Shown here one piece after another: positions 1 to 12,464 of a stretch of DNA of 64,000 bases (position 1 is the first letter of the stretch; every line of letters starts with the position of its first letter). The notes below the pieces were generated by a model. It worked only from the letters and a program-made list of their open reading frames with translations, had not been told where the DNA came from and ran no database searches. The DNA is from Catajapyx aquilonaris (taxonomy: Eukaryota): NCBI GenBank assembly GCA_000934665.2, contig KZ538417.1, positions 1 to 64,000 of the forward strand, given 5' to 3'. Made by a program: the position numbers and the translations under genes.

Positions 1-861
1 CTATTATTGATCTCTTAGCAACGACCTGCTTATAAACAAGCAGCTTGTTGATTTTTCCAATAACTGTTGGTGCCATAGAGTTGGATCACCCTGTATATAA
101 TAGAGATTTATTATTTATATTTACGTTGACTGCGTCACGTTACAAGAGCAGACTTTAGCTTACCCTTGTCCATCGCCTGGGCAGAGAAGATAAGCCTTTT
201 TGAGCGAAAAAAATGGCAACTCTTGATCCTCTGAGATCATCCCCTGTCATCCGTTGGACCCTTTTTATCTTCGTGTGTCAGAGGTTGGAGAGGGCGAAGG
301 TGAGGATTTTTTTTTTTTTTTTGGTGGGTCAGGGTGGTCGGAAATGTCCCCAGTGATGACTCTAGCCGTCGCCCAAAATGAGTTGGAAATGACTCACACG
401 TGAAGCCTCTCTTTACAGCCGCCATTTTTGGTGGGGAAGCCTGGGTGATGCTGGGGGGGAAAGCGAGATGGCCATATCTCTTCTTTTTTTTCTCTCTCTC
501 TCTCCTTTTTTTTCTCTCCCAAAAAACGTGCCTCGAATATGATCGGACCCGCCCACCATCCAGTCCAGAATCCTTTGATTCCCGTGCTGACATACACCAT
601 TGTAGCCCAAGGGGTTGGCTTGAAAAAAAAAAACAAAAATGGGGGCAATTTCAAGGGTGGAAAGCCCAATGCGTAAAAAGATGCAATGTGATGATGGGAT
701 CGAGTCCCGGACAGTTTTTCCATTCCCTTGGAGCGCAAGGCTGAAGCCAGAGGGAAATTCGGTATAAGTTTTTCTATAAGATGGTTTTGTTTTACGAGAG
801 GAAAACCGCAACTGGCCGGCCACCGGAAGTTGATCATGAAGCCTATTTAGGGTATGCTGAA

Positions 862-930
862 TCCGAATCCGAAAACAGTTTGTCGCTATCTCTTGCGGTT
901 TAGGCCGTGATACCTGTCCACAGACAGACG
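862..930 (-). mobile_element. Related Helitron-like fragment
   Basis: tccgaatccgaaaacagtttgtcgctatctcttgcggtttaggccgtgatacctgtccacagacagacg aligns closely with 4355-4423; the flanks differ. Confidence 0.6.
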
Positions 931-2650
931 TACTGAGCCTTTTTTCGATTAGTCTATTGGATTCAACCTATTGTTGCTCAGAAACAGCCACGTAAACAGT
1001 TGTATAAAGTGAAGTGACCTGAGATTTGCACTTTGCACTTTGCCTTTCCTAATTCGACCTGAAAGGATGAGGTTGTGGGCTCTGGCCATTTCGGATATGA
1101 ATATTCAAGGGTACATGTTTCCAAGATGGCTTCGGTCACACAGAGAGTGCAGCCAGACTTTGCTTCCTCTCTGCCTCCATAGTTAACAACCACTTACATC
1201 ATTCAAGGGGATGAAACGTTCATGTCGAGAACACGGCCAATAGCAAGAGGCTGGTAATCCAAAAGTTTATGACGGGACTAGTATGTGATTTACATGCAAA
1301 TGGTCCAGGTTTTTTTTTGAGGGGGTCTATAAAACATGGCCACCTGTGAACGCCTGCAGAAAAATCTGGATATATGCGAATGTATCGGTTTTAATTATTG
1401 AACCTAAGCCAAGGACAGTTTCCCGGATTAGTCTGTGTATACAGAAGAGGTGAACTAACCCTTGGCCCCGGATAGTGTACAGTGTTAGGCAGATGCTTGA
1501 GCGTCCGGGCCTAAGTCTATCGATCGAATCCGGCGGGGTTGAAAGGGGAAGCCTTTCGTGGGAAAGACGCTAGTTGGTAGCAGATGTGACTCAAATCTCG
1601 ACATGCTTCCAGGGTGTACCTAACTGGGGGAATCTGCATCACTTGGGTGTGTCCGCGTATGTACAAGGTGAGTCACAACGTACCGCCTCACATGTCTTCA
1701 AGAGAAAGCTTGCAAGTTCATGCTGGGCTGACCTTAATATAATTAACTTGGCGCTTTCCCACACCAGCGACAGAAACTCGTGATGGTATAAATTAGCATA
1801 ACCTTCCCACCATGTGTAATAACACCAAGAGTCGCGGCTACGGGAACCTACCATGTTTTTGAGGGGGGGGGGCACACTTATGTTGTAAAGAGGTGTAACT
1901 GAGCAATTGCTGCTCACATGCGGACACGTGTGTGGACATAATTCTGCGAGATTGTTTTCCTCACAGCGACGCTTTTCAACCCTGTGCCATGACAACCCAA
2001 CTTCATTACACGTCGTCCAGTAGCTCGTTATTAATGGACGCCCGCTCCCTGTTATCAGATGCAAACGAGCTCTAATAATGTACAGTGGGGGGGAATCCAC
2101 ACTCCCTAGAAAAGGCAACAATGGAGCAGAATTGGCCGCATTATGTAGCCATTTTTTTTTGAAACTATATATATTTCTGCGGAGTGTAATCGCGGCACCC
2201 GCATTGAAAAACCTTTCTCCATTTCCAAAGTTAATTGAAGATACGGTATTGAATAGCTTTGCACTTATTTCCAGCCGTTTCCTGCCAGGATCTGCGCCGC
2301 TGTTTGTTCTGCAAATTGCACTGCATTCATTTCATCGAGGTTGGGTTGGTTGTTGGGAGGGGGGGTAAAATGGGGGAGGGCAATGCCATCGACGTTTTGT
2401 TGGCATATTTAGGCCCTTGAATCGCCGAAATTGTGTGGGCGGTTTAAACATGGAAGGCTGCCGCATTTAACGTTTACCTCCTGCTGGTATGTACTACAGT
2501 GGCAATGTCAATAGTACTACAGCGCAATGTGTCAATAGCGCGGTTTGAGATTGCGATACGAAACTGTTGCAACTGAAAGATTGGAGGTGATGCAGGGTGG
2601 ACCAAAATGTTTGATGTCAAATTTACTCAACAGTCTAGGAATCATCTTTT

Positions 2651-2746
2651 ATAGAATTGGCTTGTGTATGTCCGTTGTGACTCCCGTCGCGCCATATATG
2701 AGAGACACATGGTACTACGCCCATAGTGTTGCCAAATTCTGGCAGC
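2651..2746 (-). mobile_element. Family A copy (internally deleted)
   Basis: atagaattggcttg...cgccatatatgagagacacatggtactac...agtgttgccaaattctggca is the reverse complement of motifs at 43081-43194 and 45420-45622. Confidence 0.65.
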
Positions 2747-4313
2747 ATTTTCAATTAATTTTGGCTTGTAATGATAGTAAGTAGAGGCATAAAAATTCGG
2801 AATCCAGCAAGTCACTCTTCCTCTTTATTTGGTCATGAACTATCGCCGTTTTTTGAGCCCCCGGTAATTAAATTTATATATGTTGTCAAACAGCTAATTA
2901 TGACAGGATTAATCGGGGGATGACTAGATAACCCACTCTAAAACCAGGCAGGGTGGGGTTTGGCTTATTAAGGTTTTTTTTCCCCCCACCGGATCACATA
3001 TGCAGTCGACCTCATAATAATAATGGAAGTGATTCGACGGGGTTGGCGATGTCGTGCGACCAGAAATGAATCTGCTGGAATTGTGTACTGTACACGGATC
3101 TCTAATCCTATTAGTGATGTGCGTGACACAACAGTTTTTGTAGTTTATCCTGAATGGGCGAGAGACGAATTCTAATTTGGCTGGTTTTTTGACCTGATCG
3201 TGCCTGGATTGTTGGCGTGACTATTGGCGAAAAACTATGCTATTGTAATAAAAAAAATTGCATTGCCAACAGATAATTTTTTGGCATTGAACAAACCTCT
3301 GACAGCTGAATGAAACTTACCATCCAATTAATCCGGGCCAATATTGCTAGAAATTCATTTCGATGCTAGCCATTTGGCAAATGAAAATGTGTGTAAGGAT
3401 TTCAGGCCTTAAGCCAAATAGAAGGCGGGTTGCATTCCAGGTCTTTGCTAATCATGGAAAATGATTTGCTATCATGAAAGCAGCAGCGCTTTTGCGATTA
3501 TTGATTAGGATCGTTTCATTAAAATCTCATTTAACATTCGGTTGTGTGAAATAACAAACCCGCACCCCACATCCCAGCCACCCACTTTTCAATTAGGGGT
3601 TTTCTAGGTGGAAAAAAAAGAGGACACCCCCGAAAACAGACCTTGTCACCCTCTTGCTATCGATACAATTCCATGAATAAAGTAATTAAAATTAGTAATG
3701 CATTGCATCGGGACGTAATGAGCTGTTAGCGGAACTGATACATTATACGCAAGTTTGTATGCGCATGAATACGTCATTTGCACACTTGGCCTACTGTCAA
3801 CACAATTACTAAAAACCTCTCCTCAGAATTTAGTCAGTTAAATATGGAGGATTAATGACGCCTTAAGTAAGCTCTGTAGTTGAAATGCACTAATTACACA
3901 ATCTGCGAATTGAGTACATATGCACTATAAATGATGTTACACTGCCCTGAGGTCACTTGAGTAAATGCACAGTGGCCTCCTGGCACTTAATTAGTTTGGG
4001 GATTTGCTAGAAAGAGAGGCCTCGGTCTGGATGTTGGGGGGGGCCTCTAATGAATATACTCCGATTGGAATGGGCTGCTGGCCGGTCCATGGTTTTTGCG
4101 GGGGTTCCCTGATATTTGCGTCACGTTCGCAGGTCCGACACTTCGCTTTTCCTTTGAAGCGCCACATGCTTCAAAGGTGGGGAAGTCATAATAAGGAAAT
4201 GTGAGAGGCATACCGACCCGACCGTTTCAGGAAATCGGATCATGTCCGATGGACTTGATGGTAAGGGAATGTCATGTGTGTCACACCACATGGTTGCAAA
4301 AAAGAAAATTAAA

Positions 4314-4451
4314 CAAGATTGGCGAATCACACGAGGGTGATTCGAGTAGACTTTTCCGAATCCGAAAACCGTTTGAGGCTATCTCTTGCGGTTTAGAGGC
4401 TGATACCTGTCCACAGACAGACGGACAGAGCCGTTCTACTTGTATATAAGA
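4314..4451 (-). mobile_element. Non-autonomous mini-Helitron (~138 bp)
   Basis: On the minus strand it begins TCTTATATAC, carries a gtctgtctgt microsatellite near the 5' end and ends in CTTG followed by T. A subterminal hairpin cgaatcac-6nt-gtgattcg (4323-4344) lies just inside the 3' end. This matches the general Helitron layout, although the 3' end is CTTG rather than CTRR and the 5' flank is G rather than A. Confidence 0.65.
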
Positions 4452-4904
4452 CTTTTACGATGAGAAAAAAGGTATAAAAGTAACATGTAGATTTATGGGT
4501 GGTAATGCAACTGGCAGATTAATTATACAGTGGCACGGACTAATTAGAATGTGGATGCCGGAGCATGTGTGTGTAAAAAAAACGCACTCTCATATGAGAG
4601 TATTGGGAGGGGATTATGACGTGCGAGTTGTGTAAGGTGACTGCTGATGAGTGCTTTGTGTTGTGTGCTGACGACAATCCTATTGATGGGCAGTATATGG
4701 GGAGGTATTTCGAGGATTAAGGTCGGACTGTTTGCGTTGGGTCTAGCTCGATGTCGGATTAAAACGTGCCGGACTATAAACGTGTCGGGTTTTGAAAAAA
4801 AAAAATGCGACTGGAAGCGACATGGGGGACAGAATCAGTTCGGTTTTAAGTCTGTCAAAATTGCCATTAGATGCAGTGTAATATGCTTAATTGCACAATA
4901 ATAG

Positions 4905-4987
4905 TGCAGATTCCGCTTAATCGACTTAACCGGATAATCGCATAAATTATGCGATAATCCGGTTAAGTCAATTAAGCGGAGTCTACA
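4905..4987. repeat. ~83-bp near-perfect palindrome, probably a collapsed MITE
   Basis: tgcagattccgcttaatcgacttaaccggataatcgcataa pairs with ttatgcgataatccggttaagtcaattaagcggagtctaca with few mismatches and a 1-nt loop. Confidence 0.8.
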
Positions 4988-5933
4988 TTTCTCAATTTAT
5001 TATGTACATTTTCCATGCTTAGTGAGAGCTGATCAACTGCTTTGCCAGTAATTTATAGTTGGTGGTCTGAGACCGATAGTTGCGAGCGTGTCAGGACACT
5101 TGTGATTCTGTCACTCGGAGCGATTTGGGGCCCTCTATTCCTCCACTCTGCACCTTTTCTCCGCCGTTGTCACGCCTGATAGATGGATGTGGCCCCTTCC
5201 AAAAAGATCGGTCCCCAGCTGAATCGATAGATTCCATGGTATAGTAAAGGGGCTCAACCTCCCGAAAAAAAAAAACGAGAGGAAAAGTAGACTTGTTTCA
5301 GGATACGTGAATCATGCATGGGTCCCAAGTGCAGTTTAGCCGAGTTTTTTTTTGTCACGTGAGTTGTTAGCTCGATATGTTGTATGCTGCTTACTTTAAG
5401 TCCTTAGAGAGTTGGCTGCTGTCGAGACTCCTTTTTGTGGCACTTGCTGCACCCTGTTCTCATAAGGAGAAAGCACTCTCCTTGCTCGAACCGAAGCTGG
5501 AGATGCTACTCTTATAAATAAATTAGAAAGAATGATGGAGTGCTTGTTCCAATGCAGGTAGGCATATTTAGAGCATGGCTGAAACAATGTTGGTTAAAAT
5601 AATAGGAGATACTCTGAGCTTATAAAGCAGGATACATTATGTGGTGTCACCTATAGGATTCAAGTAAGCTTAAAAACTGTGGCAGAGGTTTTCATATCTT
5701 GCTTGTGAGGACGATTCTAACCAAAGATTAGTGATAAGCTAATTCCTTCCTGCGATTGGTCCAAGCTCTAAAAGGATGGGAAGCACAGACATGAAAAGTA
5801 AAGGGAAAAGGAAATTACTTTCAATAATAATACAGACAGCCCACTTACTACATCGCAAGAGACACTAAAACTGGACCTAGCATGCTTATCTGATAATTGA
5901 ATTGCTGCACTTTTAGGATGGGGGGGGGGGGGG

Positions 5934-5958
5934 NNNNNNNNNNNNNNNNNNNNNNNNN
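5934..5958. other. Assembly gap (25 N) after a poly-G run
   Basis: N run directly visible. Single Ns also occur at 21829, 29403, 33364 and 41854, in or near G/C homopolymers. Confidence 0.95.
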
Positions 5959-7167
5959 TAGATTTGGCAACGTGCTGGACTTGTCGAGTATATGCCTGAC
6001 ATGTTTGTTTCCTTTTTGCAAGCTTGGCAAGGGTACTGACCTCTCAGCAAATATTAAAGACCCAGCTTAAGCCAGCTGCTACTTTTAAAAAATAACAGTA
6101 GCAGTAGCAATATACAGTAGAGCAAAATCAGCATAATCTGAACAACATATAAAACATGTTAACTTGGCACCTTCCCAAAACGCCTCATCTTGTTTTTCCA
6201 TCAACAGAAAATTGATTACTCATAAACCTGCCACGATATGTTATATATTATAAACGTCCCCCTCTGATTAATGGACCTGGCCGACACAACATAATATTAA
6301 TCACCGTTATAATAATTTTGACATTCCACATAATAGGCAACACGGTTCTGTGCAACGCTAATTAACGTCCATTGTTGATGAAATAACGAGGATTTTGGCG
6401 GGCCCCCTGACATCGTAAACATCTTGAAGCCTTCTTTTGTTGCCCTTTTTTTGTAAGTCCCCTCCCCCCTCCTCCTCCCCAATGCTATTTTCACTGTAAT
6501 TCTGATGAAAGCATCTAAAAGTATTGGTAAATGTCCCTCGGAGTAAAATATGGAGCCCTAAAAACGTCAAAGAGTATGAGGCAAAATTGCTGATGCTAGA
6601 TAAAGTTATAGATTGCGATACTTGGAAGAGCCCCGGAGTATTGGAGGATCATCGTGGCCTCTTATGAAAGGTGCTGGGAGGGTTGGAGGGTAGGGATAGA
6701 GGAGAATTATTATTATTACTCTTGTTGGATATAACGGCAGTAGTTTTTCCAGCGTCACGCAGCTGCTTCATAAATATCCCTAGCCATAGCCCCCACGACC
6801 CATGTTGACATTTTTGGGGCTCTGATTGCGCTCGTTCTTCTCTCCAGGCTAAGCCATAACTGTGGTCAGTGTCTGGACCTTTCCTATATATACTTTTTTT
6901 TCCCTGTGTTTTATGACGCATTAATTAATAACTGCTGACATGCTTTCAGCCAGTCACAATTTAAGAAAATGCTGATTCCTACCGAATAGCAATTTATTTT
7001 TTACTGAAACGTCTGGACATGTGACAGCAACTTGTGACCACTTCATGTCTGAATTATTTTTCGTATAATCTTTTAAATATTTTCTCTTTGTGAACATTAA
7101 CACATTAATTAAATTTTAACATTTGTACAAGTGTCCTACATATAGGGCGCAAGACATGGGTTAATAA

Positions 7168-7495
7168 GGGTCTAACAAGATAGTGTGTAATAAGAGAGGG
7201 TCTAATGATAAAAGATTTAACAAGAGAGGGTCTAACAAGAGAGGGTCTAATGATAAAAGGTTTAACAAGAGAGGGTCTCAAAAGAGAGGGTCTAACAAGA
7301 AAGGGTCTAATAAGAGAGGGTCTAACAAGAGAGGGTTTAACAAGAGAGGGTCTAATAAGAGAGGGTCTAACAAGAGAGGGTCTAATAAGAGAGGGTCTAA
7401 TAAGAGAGGGTCTAATAAGAGAGAGTCTAATAAGAGAGCGTCTAACAAGAGAGCGTCTAACAAGAGAGGGTCTCATAAGAGAGGGTCTAATAAGA
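7168..7495. repeat. 15-bp minisatellite, consensus TCTAAYAAGAGAGGG, ~22 units
   Basis: Tandem units are directly visible and explain the periodic ORFs (RGSNK / REGLT / RPSLI) on both strands. Confidence 0.97.
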
Positions 7496-9879
7496 ACACG
7501 TTAATGAGAAGCAACAGTAAGTTGTTGTTTCATTATCGAGGTACACTACAGTGTTGTCCAGCTCATGGTTCAAACATTCTGGTCATATATTGTGCTCTGA
7601 TTGCATTTTTTACACCTCCTCCCCCCCCCTCCCCCAATGTGGTCAGTCTCCCCCCTTTCCAACTTTAATTCGGCCATTTTATGACGCATTAATTAATAAT
7701 GATTGTTGGGTGCTGCAGCCGGGCAGTAAACGGAATGTTCGCCTGGGGACCCGGAATAAAGGATATCGGTATCCCCCAACCCGTAGTTAGTACCGGGTGT
7801 AGTATAATTTGCTGGCGGGGCAAGTGTGGCACGAAGCTGGCCAATTGGTCCTCTTGCGGGTATTATCTCCCTCCGGGTGCCACTTTTCCGGGGCGCTAAT
7901 GGCCCGCGGAGGAAATTTAATAACGGTACAGGTAAACAAGGCGATGCAGATTTCCAGGGTTGGTAGGGGGGTTTAACATTGCTTGGTAATATTACACATG
8001 GAGAGAGATTAAAGCTGGCTTTAGAGAGATTGTGCGGAGGCCAGGTTTTTTTCCCCCTCGATTTTGAATGCTATTTACCCGACTTGTGATAATTGCGTGA
8101 CGAATGTGGGAAACCGCGGCGTGCGTGGTTGGGAATTACCACCCATCCCAATGCCCAAGCTCGTTTGGTAAAACATGTCTCGTTTGTTCGATTCCAATCC
8201 ATTTCATGGGCAGCTCATTGGCCCAATATCAGAGGCAGAAGGACATGTCTCATTGCAATGTAGCGAAATAACTCGATTATGAAATGGTTGGAAAAAAATG
8301 TGGGGAATAGAGCCTTTTTCCATTCAGTGTTATTGTAAGCGAGCAGAGCAGTAAATCTATGGGAACTGAAGTGAATAGGTCGGAGTGGGTTGGACTTTGC
8401 CGCGACTTCTTTTGCGGCTAACGAGCGAAAAGTTCCGGCCTGGTGAGGATGATTTGCTGCGGAAAAGGCGGCCCATTGTGTCCTCTTAAAGAGCCAAGCA
8501 GCAGGGTATTTTTTGGCCCCGGATCTATATAACACCCCCCCCCCCTTCCAAATCCAAAAAGGCGCGAACAGCCAATTTTTAGGTGGGGGTGTTTGAATCA
8601 TGGATCAGACCTGCACGTGTCAAATCGGTGGGGGCCAATCAACTTCCAATTAATGTGCCTTTTTGCCGGATTCGGTGTGGGGGGATGGGGAGAAGGGGGA
8701 TGGGGAGAAGGGGGATGGGGGAGGTCTGGCAATTATCACATGTTATGCCTACTTTATTCCGCAAATATTGCGTTTGGAATTGGCAGCCGCGGGTTTGCTG
8801 AAATTATGTAATTCCAGGCAGGACCTTTGCCAAATTAACGTTGGTGCACAGGATTTCGTCCAGCAGATTTCAGTAGGCGATTGCTGTAAAATTTCATTTA
8901 AAAAACCGTTATTTATTTGTTTATTTATTTACTTGCATGTTTCACCTGAAGTTCAGCATATACGTATACTTTTGGCAGGCAACAGCATAACCAACCGGAT
9001 GTTTTAACATAAAATCCCTTTTTATTTCATTGCAAAACAAGTAGTGCAAAAAATGCATAATTTTTCGAGCAATATCTGTCACATGTGCAGATGATCAGCG
9101 GATAAATTCTGAACACATGGTGCAATTAGCGAAATGGATCCTCCCCCGCTTATTTTTTTTATTTTCAAAATGCTGGTTTCCTTTACCTAACAAAGGCCTT
9201 TTGCACTTCATCCTCGTCAGATCCACTCTCTGAAGCCAAGAATGCCCCCCCCCCTTCCCAAGCTCCTGCTGCCGGTTCCTAAATGGCGACCATATTTCTT
9301 GTTTTCGCCGCCTAAACTATGTTAAACCTAATACCGCCATGAATCATAGCAAACGCGCGGTGTTCGAGGAACTGAAATTAACCCCGGGGTAAATTTCATA
9401 ACAATCCTTGACGTCATCTTGGCAAAATTGTAGCCTTTGTTTGATGCTTGTTTTCCTCCCACTGCTGCAACTTGCCTTATAGTATACGCTGCCTCCTTTT
9501 CCGGACAAAAGTTTCCGGGAGAAATGAGCTCATCAAAGTAAATGTCTATCCGGATCAATCCCCCGGCTCTCCCTTTGCCTTTTAGAAATGGAAATTGCGT
9601 TTGTTTCCTGGGCATCCGCAAGAGTAAGGAGCTTTTCCTCCTGGAAGCGCAAAGTTCCAACAATAACTTGGAGATTTTACGCCGAGTGTAAAAAAGTAAA
9701 CTTCCGTCACATCCGTCTCTCCAAAGCATGCAACCATATACCTGTCATCTGGGGCCGGGCAGGATTGGCGACAAAGCTCTGTGCCATTTCCTCGAGCTGC
9801 TGCCAGGTTTTGTTGCTAATAATTTCGTTTATGTCTTGTCAGCATTTATGTATTTCTTGGCGAAACGGATTGTCATACC

Positions 9880-9984
9880 GAATTGGCATGTCCGCGGTGA
9901 GTCATCCTCTCAGCTAGGTGCATGTAGTACCACTACATCTCGCACGATGGTAGCAGTGTGCAAAGAGGGAGGATACGCCATCTG
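9880..9984 (-). mobile_element. Family A copy
   Basis: Its reverse complement cagatggcgtatcctccc...gtgcgagatgtagtggtactacatgcacctagctgagaggatgactcaccgcggaca matches about 45485-45590. Confidence 0.8.
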
Positions 9985-10551
9985 TGTGATGGATTGGAAC
10001 TACGTGCATTTTTCTGGTATTTTTCCTCACCTTTTCTTCAGTATCCAGCAGTAGCGGCTGGGTCTATCGGTTTATCCCTCGGAATAATCGATTGGGTCGC
10101 ATTAGGGCTATTTTATGGAGTGTCCCCTTGGAACTGGATGGCATGTATCGTGCAAGGGGGATAGTGGTGGCGAGTCGTAAATCCGGTTACCCGGAAGGGT
10201 CATTGAGAAGAGGAGGCCTGTTGGGAGACCCCCCGAATAAGTCCGATGTTAGTGGAAGGAGGGGGGTAAAATAGGGTGTGATAACCTTACCCCTCTCCAT
10301 GGATGCTGCCCCGGATCTGTGTGCCCGGTGGCCGGACCCTGGTCAGTCCTGCAGGGGCTCCTATTTCAGCGGCACAGCAACGAGTCGGGTTATCTGGGAA
10401 GCGCATCATTGAATTATATCCGGGGGAGAGCCAGCCCCGGGGACACTGCCAAGACAAAGTATCCGGGGCTGCTGCGGAGGGAGATTCAGGCCTTGTCTGC
10501 TGGCTATGCATTACAATTGGAGCCAAGTTTGTGCCAGTACAATTTCTCTAA

Positions 10552-10662
10552 CATAGATGGCGCAACCTCCCTCCCTGCACAGTGCTGCCACTGGCGGTAG
10601 TGGAACTAACTGATCGGAAATGATGACTCATCCCGGACAAACTCCACAGACACCAATTCTAT
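10552..10662 (+). mobile_element. Family A copy
   Basis: catagatggcg...ctccctgcacagtgctgccact...tgatgactcatcccggacaaactccacagacaccaattctat. Confidence 0.75.
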
Positions 10663-12138
10663 AATTTTGTGCGGGCGTCTCGTTTTTTTTTTTTGCTCAT
10701 GTATCGAGCTCGACTATAATAATTATCGGATAGGGCGCGATGGTATAGGACCTTCTCTCTAACAAATTACCCAGCCTGATATAGACCTCCCCCCCTCCCC
10801 TTCCCATCCTGCTCCATCCCCCCCTCTCTCTAATGGTCCCCATTAGCAGTGGCCTCAACACCCTACATAAATTTGCCTCCCAAATGCACGGTTTGGTCGC
10901 CGCCGCCCCCTCGACCTTATCCACCCTCTGACCCTCCTCCCCCACACATAACACACCTCTCTGGACCATGTATAGACAACGGTCGTTCCCATACTTCACG
11001 TCCCTCATCTGCTTGCTGCACGACCCCTCTCATTTTCATCCTTTTTTTGTGTGTCCCTTCCCTGATATTTGCAATCTAAATTGCCAATTAAAGGCAAATC
11101 ATTCGGGGTGATATTAGATTAGGAACCTGGGAACATGTAGATGCAAACATCATTTTTTTTTTGAAGAACCTGCAGCCATTCAAATTTATTTCTCATCGTG
11201 GACTCTGTGCAACAAATATTTTGCACATTTAAAATTTCTTTTGCGGATATATGTGCAAAATATTTTTTTGCGAGTGTCCCTGAGGCGATGTCCAGCTCTC
11301 ATAGGATTCCAGTACAGAGAGAGAGACTAAATCCTGCGCAATCAGGTCGTGTGCCAGTTAGCTAACGAGCTCTTCTGGCTTTATCCGAGTGGATAAGCCC
11401 ACCCGTTTTGGCCTCCATGCTGCGGGAGAGAGAGAGAGAGAGAGAGAGAAGATCCTTAGTAAAATTGATCAAATGAAACGTAAAGCTGGCTTCGACGACC
11501 ACTTGGGATGGGGAATTCTCTAAAGGGGTACGACGTACTTGGGTGACAGACACACTCCTCTCTTGGGAGGTCAGGAAAAAATATGACCTTTTTCAGGCTC
11601 ATGAAGCTGCGGTTATCCGTTAATGATCGGGAAAGAGGGGGGTGGGGGGAATTTTTATTATTGAACTTAGCCAGATTTTGAACCAGAAGCCGGGTTAAGT
11701 GTTATGACGGCCATTGTTGCCCACCGCTGCGGGTTTAATTTGTGGGAGGAGAGGTTATGTGCAAAGTCGGCTGTTATGGTACGCAAAAGTTGGCAGAAAA
11801 GAGATTTCGTGGTGGACTGGTGGCAGGTCAGGAAAATAGTGTAGTTTTAATGCTTATAGTAGAGACGAAATTAGGGCACTTCATCCTCTATCAGTAATCC
11901 ATGATGTAGGTCAACTAAATTTTTTCAGCCAGTATTGTTTGACCCTGCCGGACATTTATTAACGACACTGCCGGATTCGTCAACTGGACTTCCCCCCCGA
12001 GGCAACCTTTGGGTTCATCAGATATGCAATCCTTGACAAGCGTCATTCATAAATGTCCATCCGCTGACATGGAATCAACAGGGAGAAAAAAAAACTAACT
12101 GGCCAAATTTTACGTGCGACAATGTTGGGAATCTTATA

Positions 12139-12464
12139 CAGGGTGTTTCAACTTTTTTGTCCGAACAGTTATCGGAAAATTGCACGTAGCTGCTACTTTG
12201 TAAGCAGTGACTTTCAACCGGCGATTTATCGAAGGAATGGGAAATGGGGAAAAAAGAGGGTCACACATCCCATGGCATGTGTGACCCTCTTTTTTCCAGG
12301 CTTGACCCTCAATTGTCAGCGGGTATGCCACTTCAACCTACGATTCGCTGGGAATATTCCCCGTTCCTCCGAAAAAATCACCGTTTGCAAGTCACTGCTT
12401 ACAAAGTAGCAGCTACGTGCAATTTTCCGATAACTGTTCGGACAAAAAAAGTTGAAACACCCTG
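12139..12464. mobile_element. Tc1/mariner-type MITE with long TIRs and TA target-site duplication
   Basis: TA|CAGGGTGTTTCAACTTTTTTGTCCGAACAGTTATCGGAAAATTGCACGTAGCTGCTACTTTGTAAGCAGTGACTT at the left end; its reverse complement ends CACCCTG|TA at 12464-12466. TIRs are near-perfect over about 75 bp and degenerate further in. There is an internal hairpin with 21-bp arms at 12248-12297. Confidence 0.9.

Noticed and set aside
80..95. CACCCTG|TA mariner-like right end (also near 17651-17659)
   Set aside because: No matching left TIR within the window, so an element cannot be delimited.
7168..7495. CRISPR-like array
   Set aside because: Contiguous tandem units without unique spacers, eukaryotic context, no cas genes.
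7105..7668. Repetitive ORFs (RGSNK/REGLT/RPSLI repeats)
   Set aside because: Produced by the 15-bp minisatellite in several frames on both strands; no evidence of a gene.
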